Positions 26,911 to 39,512 of a stretch of DNA of 64,000 nt are shown here, one piece after another (positions within the stretch are counted from its first letter, which is position 1; each line of letters begins with the position of its first letter). A model generated the notes under the pieces. It was not told the DNA's origin, ran no database searches, and worked only from the letters and a program-made list of their open reading frames with translations. A program made the position numbers and the translations under genes. The stretch is from assembly GCA_951406725.2 (NCBI GenBank), contig OX597814.1:203112001-203176000 (forward strand), in the 5' to 3' direction. This DNA comes from Octopus vulgaris (Eukaryota).

Positions 26911-27036
26911 ATTATGCTCCACAGTAACAAGAGGCTGACTAGACCAAAATAGATATTATGTTCTGCTAGAGTATTGAGTATTTTCTCTTCTGGCAGTTTA
27001 TACTAAATGTGTGTGTGTGTAAATATATATATATAT

Positions 27037-27263
27037 AAATTAATAAAATACATACATACATTATTAGATATGTACATATATACACAAGGGTACTACATGA
27101 GTACCTATATCGCTAATGATAGAAGTGAAAAAATACTTCTGTACCACCGAATGGTCACAGAAGTATTTTTTTCACTTTTATCGTTAGCGATATAGGTACT
27201 CATGTAGTACCCTTGTGTATATATGTACATATCTAATATTGTATGTATATATTTTATTAATTT
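27037..27263. repeat. Near-perfect palindrome (~110-bp arms, 5-nt loop) between (TA)n tracts
   Basis: Arms 27037-27146 and 27152-27263 are reverse complements with a few mismatches. Confidence 0.93.
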
Positions 27264-28699
27264 GCCTGTATGGCTGATAATTCACTTACCACTTGTGATG
27301 GTATTTTAATAATACCATCCCTATATTTATTTATATTCATATATATATATATATATACTTTTATTTTTAAACTAGAATATTATTGGCATTAACTTCAGTG
27401 TTTGGTCAAAACTTCAAAGTTACTATCAATAATGTTCTTATTTAAGAATGATATATTTATACTTTGCAAAAGTATAGAGTAACCCATCAGATTAATGTAA
27501 AATTGTTTTTATTATAACTGAACATAAAAACAATGTATTGATAATGTTGCTCCCCCGATGAAGAGGAGTGGCCTGCAAGAGCCATGTGCTAATGCCACAG
27601 ATAAAGCACTCATACCAGCACCACATTAAAAGCACCCAGTACACTCTGTAAAGTGGTTGGCATTAGGGAGGGCATCCAGCTGTAGAAACAAAGCCAAATC
27701 AAACTGGAACCTGGTGCAGCCCTCTTGCTTACCAGCTCTGGTCAAACCATCCAACCCATACTAGCATGGAAAATTGACATTAAAGGAGGAGGAGGAGGAT
27801 GTATGCATATAGATGCAAGAGTATGATCGTTACCAGCATCGCCTTACTGGCACTTATGCCTGTGCTAGTAGGGTGCCAAGAGCACCATCCGAGCGTGATC
27901 GTTGCCAGAGCAGCCAACTGGGTTCCGTACCCATGGCACGTAAAAGGGCACCATTCGAGCGTGATCGTTACCAACGTCACTTCACTGGCACATGCAAAAA
28001 GATTCGAGTGAGGTCGTTGCCAGTACCGCCTGACTGCCCCCCCCCATGCTGGTGGCACGTAAAAGCACCTACTAGACTCTTGGAGTGGTTGGCGTTAGGA
28101 AGGGCATCCAACTGTAGAAACTCTGCCAGATCAAGATTGGAGCCTGGTGCAGCCACCTGGTTCGCCAGCCCTCAGTCAAAATCGTCCAACCCATGCTATC
28201 ATGGAAAGCAGACGTTAAACGATGATGATGATGTTTTGATCAGTCTGGGACATTGATAAGAAATATTTGTGCCGTGCTTTGCTGTGGGGTTGAACTTGAC
28301 ACTGCTTAGTTATGAAACATGCCTGCACTCTTTGCATTGTCAGGAGATTTCCTTTTAGAATCCCTCTCTTTGTTTAAAACTCTGCAATGTAGCTTGTTAA
28401 TCTACAACAATAATACAGAACTTGAAATGTGAAATTGTATCACTGACCTTTCAAACTTATCAATATTCCACTAAAATTTTACATTGATTCTTAGTTTTTG
28501 TTATTGATTTTCATGATTAAATGGGAGAAAAAAATGTAAAATTGACTTTCTTTATAGCTTATTTCAACTAGAAATTCTTTTTTTTTTTTTCAATTTTATT
28601 TCATTAAAATGTCTTATTAAAAAAAAGAGTAATCTAAAAACAAAAAGTGGAATCTTTTGTTCAGTCTCTTTTATAATGTGCATGCATTATTTGAAAAGT

Positions 28700-28736
<37 letters not shown>

Positions 28737-28746
28737 ATGTAACACT

Positions 28747-28800
<54 letters not shown>

Positions 28801-29325
28801 GTAACATATATATATATATTATTTCATAAGTCTTTTATTCTTTCTTTCTTTTTTTTTTCATCCAAATAATTCACTATGGAAATATTCTTATGGCAACTAT
28901 TAATTAGAGGTTATGCTTTTTTTGTTTGTTGTTTTTTTGGGGGTGGGTTTTTTTTATATTGTAACCAAAAGATAATTCAAAAGACATCTTTAATTTTTTT
29001 TTTTTCCCGTTTACATTTATTATTATATTTCTTACAATGTACCACCAATTCTATCCTGGCTTTTAAGTAATTGAACAGTTTCCAGAATTGTTTTTGTGCC
29101 AGTGGGTCTGGTGGCTGGGTAGGTAGTTCAGTGGTTCCATTGCTTTCCATCTGATGGCTTTCGCCGTCTTACAATAGAGTCATGTATCTCATAGCATTAT
29201 CTTTACTCAATTTATCGTATTTGTAAAATTATAATTTCAAAAATAAATTTACAGGTGTTCAACCTGAAACTTTGAAATGAAATTTGTTTCAGACATTCAA
29301 ATATAATGGTATATCAGGAATTAAT

Positions 29326-29561
29326 AAGGCAGTGAGCTGGCAGAAACGTTAGCACGCCGGGCGAAATGCGTAACCATATTTCGTCTGCCGTTACGTTGTG
29401 AGTTCAAATTCCGCCAAGGTAGACTTTGCCTTTCATCCTTTCAGAGTCGATTAAATAAGTACCAGTTACACACTGGGGGTCGATGTAATCGACTTAATCC
29501 GTGTGTCTGTCCTTGTTTGTCCCCTCTGTGTTTAGCCCCTTGTGGGTAGAAAAAGACATAA
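29326..29561 (+). mobile_element. Family-A SINE, full length, 19-bp TSD
   Basis: GTAT(A/C)TCAGGAATTAATAA at 29309-29327 and 29562-29580. Confidence 0.92.
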
Positions 29562-29971
29562 GTATCTCAGGAATTAATAACAGCTTCAGTCATGTTTCTT
29601 CTTGTTTAACAGCTTCTGTCAAGGGGAGGTAACTGTGATGGTGACCTTCACTGCTTCTTTATGATTGGTCAAATCGATGTGATTGATCTTAAACCTGGCC
29701 AGCTGCCAGACAACATCTTAGCAGAAACATCGCTTGGGATGTTGAGGTGCTAGGGAGTTATGAAGAGCAAAGGCCATGGTAGTAGTGGTAGAAAAAAGCA
29801 GAAGGAAGAGACATGTGTCTGATGGTCAGAGCTTGTAATGTAGTTGTGAGTGAATCCATCAAATGTATGGTTGTGAGTGTAGCATTAATACATGGCTATA
29901 TAACACGCGGACCATTTCTGCTGTTCCTAACACTGTTCTCCCTTTCACAAACAAATGCAACAGCAGCAGCA

Positions 29972-30342
29972 GTGGAGGCGCAATGGCCCAGTGGTTAGGG
30001 CAGCAGACTCGCAGTCGGAGGATGGTGGTTTCGATTCCCAGATCGGGCATTGTGTGTGTTTATTGAGCAAAAACACCTAAAGCTCCACAAGGCTCCAGCA
30101 GGGGATGGTGGCGACCCCTGTTGTACTCTTTCGCTCCAACTTTCTCTCACTCTTTCTTTCTGTTTCTTGTCCCCGACTTCCTACGCAACTGCTGAGCCTG
30201 GATGCGCATTCATCCATCAGTCGATGCTCTCGGTGTTGGGGGTTGACCAGCTTTCTCTTCTGTGGATCTTACGAATAGCAAAGGACCACGTTTCGGACTT
30301 CTCCCACTACAGAAAACCACTTCGCTGAACAAACAGCAGCAG
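29972..30342 (+). mobile_element. tRNA-derived SINE, head C + tail 2
   Basis: Same head as 26148 but an unrelated 3' half; AACAGCAGCAGC direct repeats. Confidence 0.85.
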
Positions 30343-30374
30343 CTATACAACCACAACATCCATTTCGCTTTCTG

Positions 30375-30680
30375 TGTGGCCTTGTGGTTAGGGTGTTGCA
30401 CTCATGATCACTAGTTTGTGGGTTCAATTCCCAGACTGAGTGGCATGTTGTATTCATGAGCAAAGCTCTTCATTTCACATTGCTCCAGTCCACTCAGCTG
30501 TAAGTGGGTACACCCTGCAATGGACTAGCTTTCCAATTGAATGTGGGTGGGGGAGGGGGTAGCCAGTTCACTTATCCAACAGGGTGACATTGTTCAAAAG
30601 CTAAAAAAATTATGCAAAGTAGATTGTGACTAACGATGCACAGCAACATCCAGTAGTCTGGTCAATCGCAGTCAAATGAC
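30375..30680 (+). mobile_element. tRNA-derived SINE, head D + tail 3
   Basis: Head TGGCCTTGTGGTTAGGGTGTTGCAC; tail ATGCAAAG..ATTGTGAC..CAACATC..TAGTCTGG; another copy at 46268-46580. Confidence 0.75.
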
Positions 30681-31181
30681 TTTCTACAGAGAAATACAAA
30701 ATCTCTCTTAATAAAGCCAAAATAATGGAAGATATTAATCATTGTCAAAAACCGTCATATCTGAAAAGCTTGTTTTGTGTGTGTGTGCGTGTGCCCTTGT
30801 CTTGACATCATGTGATAATTGCAAATGAACATTATCATTATGCAAGTGATGTTGTTTGTTTCCATTCTTCCGCAAAAAACATGCTTGACCATGGGGGAAA
30901 ATATTACCTTGCTTGGAAACAGATGCATGTTGGTGACAGGAAAGGCATCCACCCATAGAAAATCTGTCTCTATGAATTCCATCTGATCATGCGATTATGG
31001 GAAGGTGAACTTTAAATGATGATGACAGTGGTGGCGGTGGCAATGGTGGTGATGATGATGATAGTGGACTTTTAGCTAAACAAGGACCATCATCTTTGTG
31101 TTGCTTTGTTTAGCAATCAGCCCATCTCTTTTATATTGTCTTTAACACAGTATAACAGAGATTGCAAGTCAAAGTTTTCCT

Positions 31182-31590
31182 TTGACCTTTTTTGTCACCA
31201 TATTTCTGTACAAATACACTGCTGTTGTTTCAATTGATTTAGAAAATAAAAAGAGAATTTGATAAAACAATGTCATCATTATTAACCCTTTAGCTTTCAG
31301 ATTAGCCTGTCAAACGCAATATTTATTGACATTGTTTTGAATTATTCATGCAATGTTTCACAGCTTTAAGATTTTGATGATGTAATTGTTTAATTTTCAA
31401 CTGATATTGTACAGTAAGGTATGAGAGGCCAGATACGGCCATTTAAAATGCAAATGGATTAATCTTGTGTTTGGAGCATAAATTTACATGAAATTTCGAT
31501 GGTAGGTATTAAATTAGATTACTTTACAACAGCAAGTTCGTATCTGAGAACCATGGATAGTGTCAGATAGGTTAGCATCAAAAGGGTTGA
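31182..31590. mobile_element. Nested piggyBac-like MITEs
   Basis: Inner element TTAA-CCCTTTAGC...GCAAATGGA-TTAA (31282-31462) inside an outer TTGA-CCTTTT...AAAAGGG-TTGA element. Confidence 0.5.
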
Positions 31591-32122
31591 AAAGAATTCA
31601 GAGTTTGAAAAATAAGTTAAGCAGTTCAAAAGACTGGAAATCTAAATATTTTTGTTCTGGTTCCTGATCAAATTCAAGTTTAAACATAAAGTTGTCAACC
31701 TCCAAGTTGCTTAGATATTTCTATGTCAACTTGTAACTTGCTCCAATATTTGTATGCCAACTTATAACCTTGTCCAATAAGTATGCTAGCTTGTAGTAAC
31801 CTATGTCAGCGTGTAACTTCTTCACACACCTGTATGCCATTAAACTGACCAATGTTAAACAATGGCATCACATAAATCTCAATTCCACACTAGTGTTACT
31901 GACAACAGGTTCTACATGAATCAATGATGGAGCCTCTACTCAGGTGATCAACTTGCTAGAAATAACAATCAAATCTCTCTCCAAATAACATTACGAACTA
32001 CATGGTTCCGGGTTCAGTCTCACTGTGTGGCACCTTGGGCAAGTGTCTTCTGCTATAGCCTCGGGCTGACCAAAGCCTTGTGAGTGGATTTGGTAGATGG
32101 AAACTGAAAGAAGCCCGTCGTA

Positions 32123-32195
<73 letters not shown>

Positions 32196-32410
32196 TTCTG
32201 TGTCTGTGTTTGTCCCCCCCAACATTGCTTGACAAACGATGCTGCTGTGTTTACGCCCCCGTAACTTAGCAGTTCGGCAAAAGAGACCGGTAGAATAAGT
32301 ATTAGGCTTACAAAGAATAAGTCCTGGGGTCGATTCGCTCGACTAAAGGCGGTGCTCAAGCATGGCCACAGTCAAATGACTGAAACAAGTAAAAGAGTAA
32401 AACTTATATA

Positions 32411-32793
32411 CTTTATTCATCAAGTTACAACAAAAGCATCCTGTTGCAGAGTCTGAAGCGACTTTTCTGCCAGTTCTTTGATCCCATGTTGATGCCAGTT
32501 CTTAGTCTTTGAGGTTAAGAACTCCTTCACTGAAGCTTCCACCGCCACTTGTTCCAATGCATGGCTCACTTTCTGTACTTCAATGAAGAGGAGGTGGAAG
32601 CTTCAATGAAGGAATTCTTTGTCTCGAAGGACCAGAACTGGCATCAGCATGGGATCAAAGACTGTCAGAAAGGTGACTTCAGACCATGCAACATGATGGC
32701 CTCTACTTTGAGTGTTAGGATGGGTTTGCTGTAACTTGATGAATAAAACAAATGAGTTACTAAACTGTTGCAAAACATTTGACTCAACACAAT
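32411..32793. mobile_element. Fold-back mariner derivative built from two inverted transposase 3' ends
   Basis: Right arm encodes AHFL..EEVEASMKEFFVSKDQNWHQHGIK (mariner C-terminus); 32411-32545 is its diverged reverse complement. Confidence 0.8.
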
Positions 32794-33117
32794 TGTATTG
32801 TGTGAAGGGAAGGATAAAGGATATATTGAGAACATAGCCTGTGGTAAACTGTCAGATAAGATAGAGGGGGTGGGTCAAGGCTAGAATGTCTTTGATCATA
32901 GGATTACTCTAGAGTTAACAACAACATCGGCAATAGGTTGTATTTCGATTAAACAGTTCTCTGATGAATGGTGGGAGTATATGAAATGTTAAGAAGTTTG
33001 CTCCCTAACCATATGGTTTCAGGTTTGGTCCCATTGTACAACACCTTGGCTGTCTTCTGCCATAGCCCCAGGCTAACCAAAGCTTTGTGAGAGGATCTGG
33101 TAGACAGAAACTAAAAG

Positions 33118-33350
33118 AAGGTGGCAAGTTGGCAGAAACATTAGCACGCTGGGCTAAAGGCTTAGCAGTATTTCGTGTGCCATTACATTCTGAGTTCAAA
33201 CTTCACCGAGGTCGAATTTGCCTTTCATCCTTTCGGGGTCGATAAATTAAGTACCAGTTACACACTGGGGTCGATGTAATCGACTTAATCCCTCTGTCTG
33301 GCCTTGTTTGTCCTCTCTATGTTTAGCCCCTTGTGGGCAATAAAGAAATA
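33118..33350 (+). mobile_element. Family-A SINE nested in a CORE-like SINE (32988-33117)
   Basis: 14-bp TSD AGAAACTAAAAGAA. Confidence 0.88.
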
Positions 33351-33439
33351 AGAAACTAAAAGAAACCTCTATGTTGTCATATAAAAGTAGGGACATATTA
33401 GATAATGCAGTCCTATATCCAAATTATATTATTTTTATA

Positions 33440-33830
33440 CTTGCTGAGTGCAAGGAAGGGTCAGAGCCCATGACCCTTTACAGACACTTCAAGACTGGTG
33501 AGATTGATTGGTGCTATTAATGTTGGTTTTAAACTGCTATAAGTCAACAATTACAGAAAAGACATAAGCAAGGTGGAGATTCCAGAAGGATGATGTCCAG
33601 AGGAAGAAAGACTGGGAATTGTAGTTGGTACAGTGAAAGGAGGTGGGTGGATGCAACAAGGGTGGATGAGAGACAGAAGTGAGTGAGTCAGGGATACCTG
33701 AGTGATTGAGGTATAATACCAGCTGTCTCTGAGAACTCAAGGCCTTTATAGGTGATAGAAAAGACAGAGAGAGTAGATAGTAAACCTGTGAGCCAGAGGC
33801 AGGATTTTGTCTGCTGGTGATGGAATGTCA
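33440..33830 (-). mobile_element. Decayed CR1/L2/Jockey-group LINE 3' end
   Basis: Reverse translation SFFLWTSSFWNLHLAYVFSVIVDL*QFKTNIN resembles the FF..T...WN.LP...F...DL..FK C-terminus. Confidence 0.55.
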
Positions 33831-35603
33831 ATCAGTTAGAGGCTCTTCTTTAGATATTGTAATCTCAATGCACAGTGTTTTGTAGAAAGATGGGATGGTC
33901 ACAACTGGAATGCCTTTGATCTTAAGTCTACATAATTGGAGCCAATTTGAAGCTAAGCAATAACAACTACTACAACACCGTCTAGTTTTAGTATGTGAAC
34001 CATTAATGCCAAAATCCAGAAGTATGTTTAAGTTGTAATACTTAATGCCAGTTATTTCCTTATTTTAGTGTCTGAAGACCTCATAAAAACACATCTGTCC
34101 TTTCCGCTCTCTACCGACATCATTTTGCTGTAAGAACAAGTTAATAATATTGTTGTGTTAGTCCAGAAATTCAATCTGCAGAACATTGTGGAATACAATA
34201 AAATTTCTTAACTACAGACTCCAGTTCCTACATCCAAGCCTTTCCCTTTGACTGCTTTATTGGTGACAGCTATAGATTATCTCTTGTACAATGAACTTCT
34301 TATCTTCCAACGGAAATCCTGGCATCATGAAATACAAGTGTTCTGTTCCTATACTGTTGCTTTGCTGTAGTTATTTAAAGTAATGATGCCTGGCTTAGTT
34401 GTATAGCAGATAACTAACTGGTACTCTGTTGGTTACAGTCAATGGTTGAGCCTTCTCATGAAATTAACATCCAAGTGGCTGAGCACTCCACAGATACATG
34501 CACCTGTAATGTAGTTCTCAGGGAGATTCAGTATGAATTAGAATGTGACATGGCTGGCTCTTTGGATTACAGGTGCAACACATTTTTACCAGGTGAGTGG
34601 CCTGGAGCAATGTGAAATAAAGTGTCTTGCTCAAGGACACACTGCACCACCAAGTATTGAACCCATGACCCTATGATCTTCAGCCGAACACCCTAACCCC
34701 TAAGCCATGTACCTTTGATGCATGGTAGATGCAGGGCAACTAGTACAGCTTTTATCTTTTACTCGTTTTCTAGTCATTAAACTGCGGCCATGCTGGGGCA
34801 CCACCTTGGGGAATTTTAGTTGAATGAATCAACACCAATACAATAAGTCTGGTACTTATTCTGTCAGTCTTTTTTGCCGAACTGCTAAGTTACAGAGACC
34901 CAACACTGGTTGTTAAGCAGTAGTGAGGCACAAATACAGACACACACACACCTTCCACATCCCAGCCTTCTCCCACATCCCACTCTTCTCCCACATGCCA
35001 CCCTTCTCCAACATTCCACCCTTCTCCCACCTGCCACCCTTCTTCACTATTCACTACATTCATCCCCTATATACATCTGACCATTTCCACTCCTGTATCT
35101 CTGTCTCCATCTCTCACAAGCCTCTCACACACCTGCAGCCTCTCCCACTTTCCCTGCTTCTTCTGTATTCATGCTTTCTTCTATTCAGCTTTTGGGCCAA
35201 GGGGCTACCATATTTTACTTCTCTTTTGAGCCCCACCCATCTACCCACACAAAATGAAAAGTAGCCATGAAGCTTTTTCCCAAAGATAAACCTGTTTCTA
35301 CTCCTCCCTTTATACTTTAACCTCCCAACATTTAGCATAAAGCTGCCCTCTCCTCTGCCAAGGAGGTTCTTTAATCTTTCAAGTTAATCTGGCAACCTCA
35401 CTAGTGATGGTGCCATACAAAAAGTATCCAGTACACTCTGTAAAGGGGTTGGCATTTAGAGGTCATTCAGCTGCAGAAATCATGCACAAACTAAGATGTG
35501 GTTCTCTGACCCATTGGATCCAGTCCAAATGTCTAACCCATGCCACAATGGAAAGCAGAGGTAAAAATGGTTATGTTGAGGTGTCTTATTCTTCAAGTAA
35601 CCA

Positions 35604-36080
35604 CATCATCATCATTGTTCCACCGTGGTCGAGACAATGGAATTTACTATGTTACGCCAGACTTCACGGTCCATCATAGCATTATGGAGGTCCTGTTGCT
35701 GGATACCTGTATCCCTCGAGATTACATCAGGGTAGGAGAGTGTGTGCCCTCTGGTATCGCGAGCAGATGGCTTCCAGAGGAGAAGAGTAGAAATTACCTC
35801 GTTTTCAGGTCTACAACAATGTCCAGCAAACTGGACTCTTCTACCTTTCACAAGAGATGATACAGGTGGTAATTTCCCATATATTTGTACTTTGGGTGGA
35901 TGACGCTTCCACAAGAGATTTTGAGCTCTCATATGGAGGCAAGTGTAAATTCCATCCAACCATCATTCAAGCTTCTTTGATAACATCCAGGTTTCTGAGC
36001 CATATAGTAGAATTGGTTCGACTGTGGCTTTGAAGATTTTAAGTTTGAAATCTCTACTTAGATTTGATGACCAGATCATT
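35604..36080 (-). mobile_element. RTE/RTEX-type LINE 3' fragment (second family)
   Basis: IWSSNLSRDFKLKIFKATVEPILLYGSETW and DGIYT...RRVQFAGHC...DREVWR, frameshifted, ending in (GAT)n. Confidence 0.88.
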
Positions 36081-36913
36081 ACAGGCTGACCAGTAAGCAC
36101 AATCAGCATGCACCCTGCAATGTTACCCAAGAATCTCTGTCTGTTATTACCTTGTCCACTGCTTGTAGACATTCTCCAGCAAACCTGGTGTGTTGTATAA
36201 AAACAATAATAATGATGATGATGATGACGACACTCACTGACAATGATGAAAATAATGCAACTGCTGCTACTGAAGTTGAGGATTATGATGATGATGCTGA
36301 CATTGAAATAAATATATTTAAACTACTGTCATTAACAATGCTCAGAAATCATTGTTGAATCAACTCCACTGAAAACATTACAAAATACATAAATACATTT
36401 ATTCATAAATTGCATTGAAATATTTAAATTGAATCAATTCTTTGCTACACATTCTTAACGACGTCAGGAAAATGACAAATGAAAGAATGTCAACCACCTC
36501 ATTATATAATATGCAAATGAGAGTAATCCTAATTTTCCCTCGTTTGCTTAGACTTGGTTGAATAAAAAGCTATTGGCAGTAATGAAAACTGTTGTCTTAG
36601 AATATTATTGGGATAAACGGAGAAAACAAAGTTGAAAGAACGAAAGGACAGTATATTTGCTCGATCAATTACAATGTTTTTAAGGGCCAAAGAAAGGTGA
36701 AATTTTACAATAGGTTGTGCCAAATGCTCATTCACTTATCCTTCTCCTCATCAAGATCCTCATCATCAATTAACATCTATATTCCTTTCTGGTATGGGTT
36801 GGATGGTTTGACAAGGATCCAATGGGTCCAATGATGGCATCATGCTCTAGTGTCTGCTTTGCTAGGGTTTCTATGGGTGCATGCTCTTCCTAATACCAAC
36901 AACTTTACAATAT

Positions 36914-37204
36914 GTTTGTTTGTTCCTTCTCAAGCCACACCTGGCTCATAGGGCCAGTTTCCCAGTTTCCTTGGCATATAGGTTCCCCACCTGGACAGGA
37001 CGCCAATCCATTGCAGGTGAGCTGCAAGATGCAGGAGGAAAGAGTGAGAGAAAGTTGTGGCGAAAGAGTCAGCAGAAGTTTGCCATTGCCTTCTGCCGGA
37101 GCCACACGGAGCTTAGGTGTTTCGCTCATAAACACACACATCGCCTGGTTTGAGATTCGAACCCATGAGTTCGCTGCTCTAACCACTAAGCCATGTGCCT
37201 CCAC
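36914..37204 (-). mobile_element. tRNA-derived SINE, head C + tail 4, nested in an RTE tail
   Basis: TTACAATATGT direct repeats; matches 7880-8183. Confidence 0.88.
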
Positions 37205-37440
37205 CTTACAATATGTACTGGGTGTTTTTTCCATCTCACTGGCACTAGTGAAGTTGCATGCAGCTTACAAGACTATGAAGCCCAAGGCAGGTTGTGGGTG
37301 GGTGAACAGCTTTATTCTACGAGATGAGAGGTCCTGCTTTAACCTCTCATCACGTAGAATAAAGCAGGACTCTCCAAAGTGGTCAATGGGACTATTCAAG
37401 GGGTTGATAAATGCACATCTACTTAATTATTATTAGTTAA

Positions 37441-37907
37441 GATAGTTGTGTGCAAAAGTGCCACACTCTAGCAGTTGAGGGAACCTGTGGAAGAGGTAGA
37501 CTCAGGAAAACCTGGGACAAGGTGGTGAAGCACGACCTTCGAACTTTAGGTCTCACCAAGGAAATGACTAGAGACCGAGACCTATGGAAGTATGCCGTGC
37601 GTGAGAAGACCCGGCAAGACCAGTGAGAACAGTCAAAATCAAACCAAATCAACATCAGTGGAAATTGCAGCTGTAGTTAAGCGAACCATCCGTTCGTGTC
37701 CATTGCCAGCCTCGCCTGGCCCCCGTGCCGTTGGCATGTAAAAGCACCCACTACACTCACGGAGTGGTTGGCGTTAGGAAGGGCATCCAGCCGTAGAAAC
37801 ACTGCCAAATCTGACTGGGCCTGATGAAGCCTTCTGGCTTCACAGACCCCAGTTAAACCGTCCAACCCATGCTAGCATGGAAAACGGACGCTAAATGATG
37901 ATGATGA
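37441..37907 (+). mobile_element. RTE LINE 3' end: ORF C-terminus, 3' UTR and (GAT)n
   Basis: DSCVQKCHTLAVEGTCGRGRLRKTWDKVVKHDLRTLGLTKEMTRDRDLWKYAVREKTRQDQ* runs directly into the dispersed AGGAAGGGCATCCAG tail. Confidence 0.9.
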
Positions 37908-38230
37908 TTTATTTATTTTCTTATACATGCCTGGGGGTCGATGAGGGGTCAAGGATTCCATGAAGGGAGTCGATGGTCTAAAAAGTTTGGGGACCCCAGG
38001 GTTAAAGTATGAGGTGGTTGGAGGAGCAGGTTTTTGATGTAGAGAATATATATGGCTACTCATATTTAGATGAGTGGCTGAGCATGTTCGGTAGGAGATA
38101 TCCAGGTGGCTCCTCAAGGCACGAGGTGAGGGAAGAGAAGTGAGGAGTGTGGTGAGTGGAGGGTTTGCAAATAGTGTAGGGGGGAGTAAGAGATGGAGAA
38201 ACGGGGTGGGTAGGTAACAACTGTAAATAT

Positions 38231-38387
38231 TTATTTCTTTATTACCCACAGGGGGCTAAACATAGAGGGGAACAAACAAGGACAGACAAAGAGATTAAGT
38301 CAATTACATCGACCCCAGTGCATAACTGGTGCTTATTTAATCGACACCGAAAGGATGAAAGGCAAAGTCAATCTCAGCGGAATTTGG
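38231..38387 (-). mobile_element. 5'-truncated family-A SINE
   Basis: 15-bp TSD ACAACTGTAAATATT. Confidence 0.85.
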
Positions 38388-38805
38388 ACAACTGTAAATA
38401 TTGGAGAGGGTTTGAGGGTGGTTGTAGGGAGTGACGTATAATGGGTAGGGAATGACCATTGATGCATGAGTTAGGTAAGTAGAGGAGGGTAAAGGGTGAG
38501 TTTAAGAATTAATTTCAAGTTCCATGCCTTGAATTCTTTACTTGTTTCTGTCATTGGACTATGGTCATACTGGAGCACCACTTTCGAAAGTTTACTTGAT
38601 TATATGATCGTTTTCAGGTTTGCTACTATTTTCATCATTCCCTATTTGCCAAACCACTAAATTGTGGGATACATAACAAAGGGCACTAGCTGTCATTTAA
38701 CATCAGCCCTGGGCCAATCAAAGCCTTGTGAGTGGATTTAACAGATGGAAACTGAAAAAAGCCTGTTGTATACACACACACAAAAGTGACAGTAATACAT
38801 ATGTC

Positions 38806-38851
<46 letters not shown>

Positions 38852-39028
38852 GGGCTTAGTAAAATAAATTACTTTGCCACATACTGAACTTAGTAGAAAT
38901 AGCAGCCAAAAAAAATTTTCTTAGCATTTCTACTACTTAAAGAAAATTTCTCTCAGATAATGTTTACTCTAGACAGCTCACGAAGGTTTGGGGGTAAATA
39001 CAGAAAAATATCACAAGTACATAGATCG

Positions 39029-39091
39029 TTTGAGTACGTCAACGTTTCAAGATTAGCCAAATAAAATCAGCATTTCTTTCGTCAGCTCAAA
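39029..39091 (-). ncRNA. Type I hammerhead ribozyme motif (left arm)
   Basis: Exact reverse complement of 39450-39512. Confidence 0.8.
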
Positions 39092-39449
39092 ATTTCTTAA
39101 TTTGGATTTGGAAACACTAAAAAGAAGGAACTTTACCTATCAGCGAACTTGTCGCTTCAGATGAACCACTGAATTCACTTTAAATGGTCCTTTTACATAC
39201 TGAACACTTGGTGAAATTGATTAATTAATTAATTTTACCCTCAATTGTTGATATTATAATTCATTTCTCGCGGTTAAAATATAATGTTTGCTAGATAGAC
39301 CACATGGGTGGAATGGGGAGTGCAGAATTTTACGCCTACGCATTTTGAATTTGTTGACACTGTTAGTTGGAGTGGTTCATCTGAAGCGACAAGTTCGCTG
39401 ATAGGTAAAGTTCCTTCTTTTTAGTGTTTCCAAATCCAAATTAAGAAAT

Positions 39450-39512
39450 TTTGAGCTGACGAAAGAAATGCTGATTTTATTTGGCTAATCTTGAAACGTT
39501 GACGTACTCAAA
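39450..39512 (+). ncRNA. Type I hammerhead ribozyme motif (right arm, sense to the host gene)
   Basis: TTTGAG CTGACGA AAGA...TCTT GAAA CGT-TG-ACG TA CTCAAA: 6-bp stem I, intact core, GUA cleavage triplet. Confidence 0.82.

Noticed and set aside
32956-32995. CTGATGA...GAAATGTTA possible hammerhead
   Set aside because: Stems II and III are poor and the 3' part belongs to an adjacent SINE head; likely chance.
34955-35350. Pro/His-rich ORF and strand-skewed C-rich tract (similar G-rich tracts at 21805-21990 and 38000-38520)
   Set aside because: Low-complexity degenerate repeat with no splice signals or recognisable domain.
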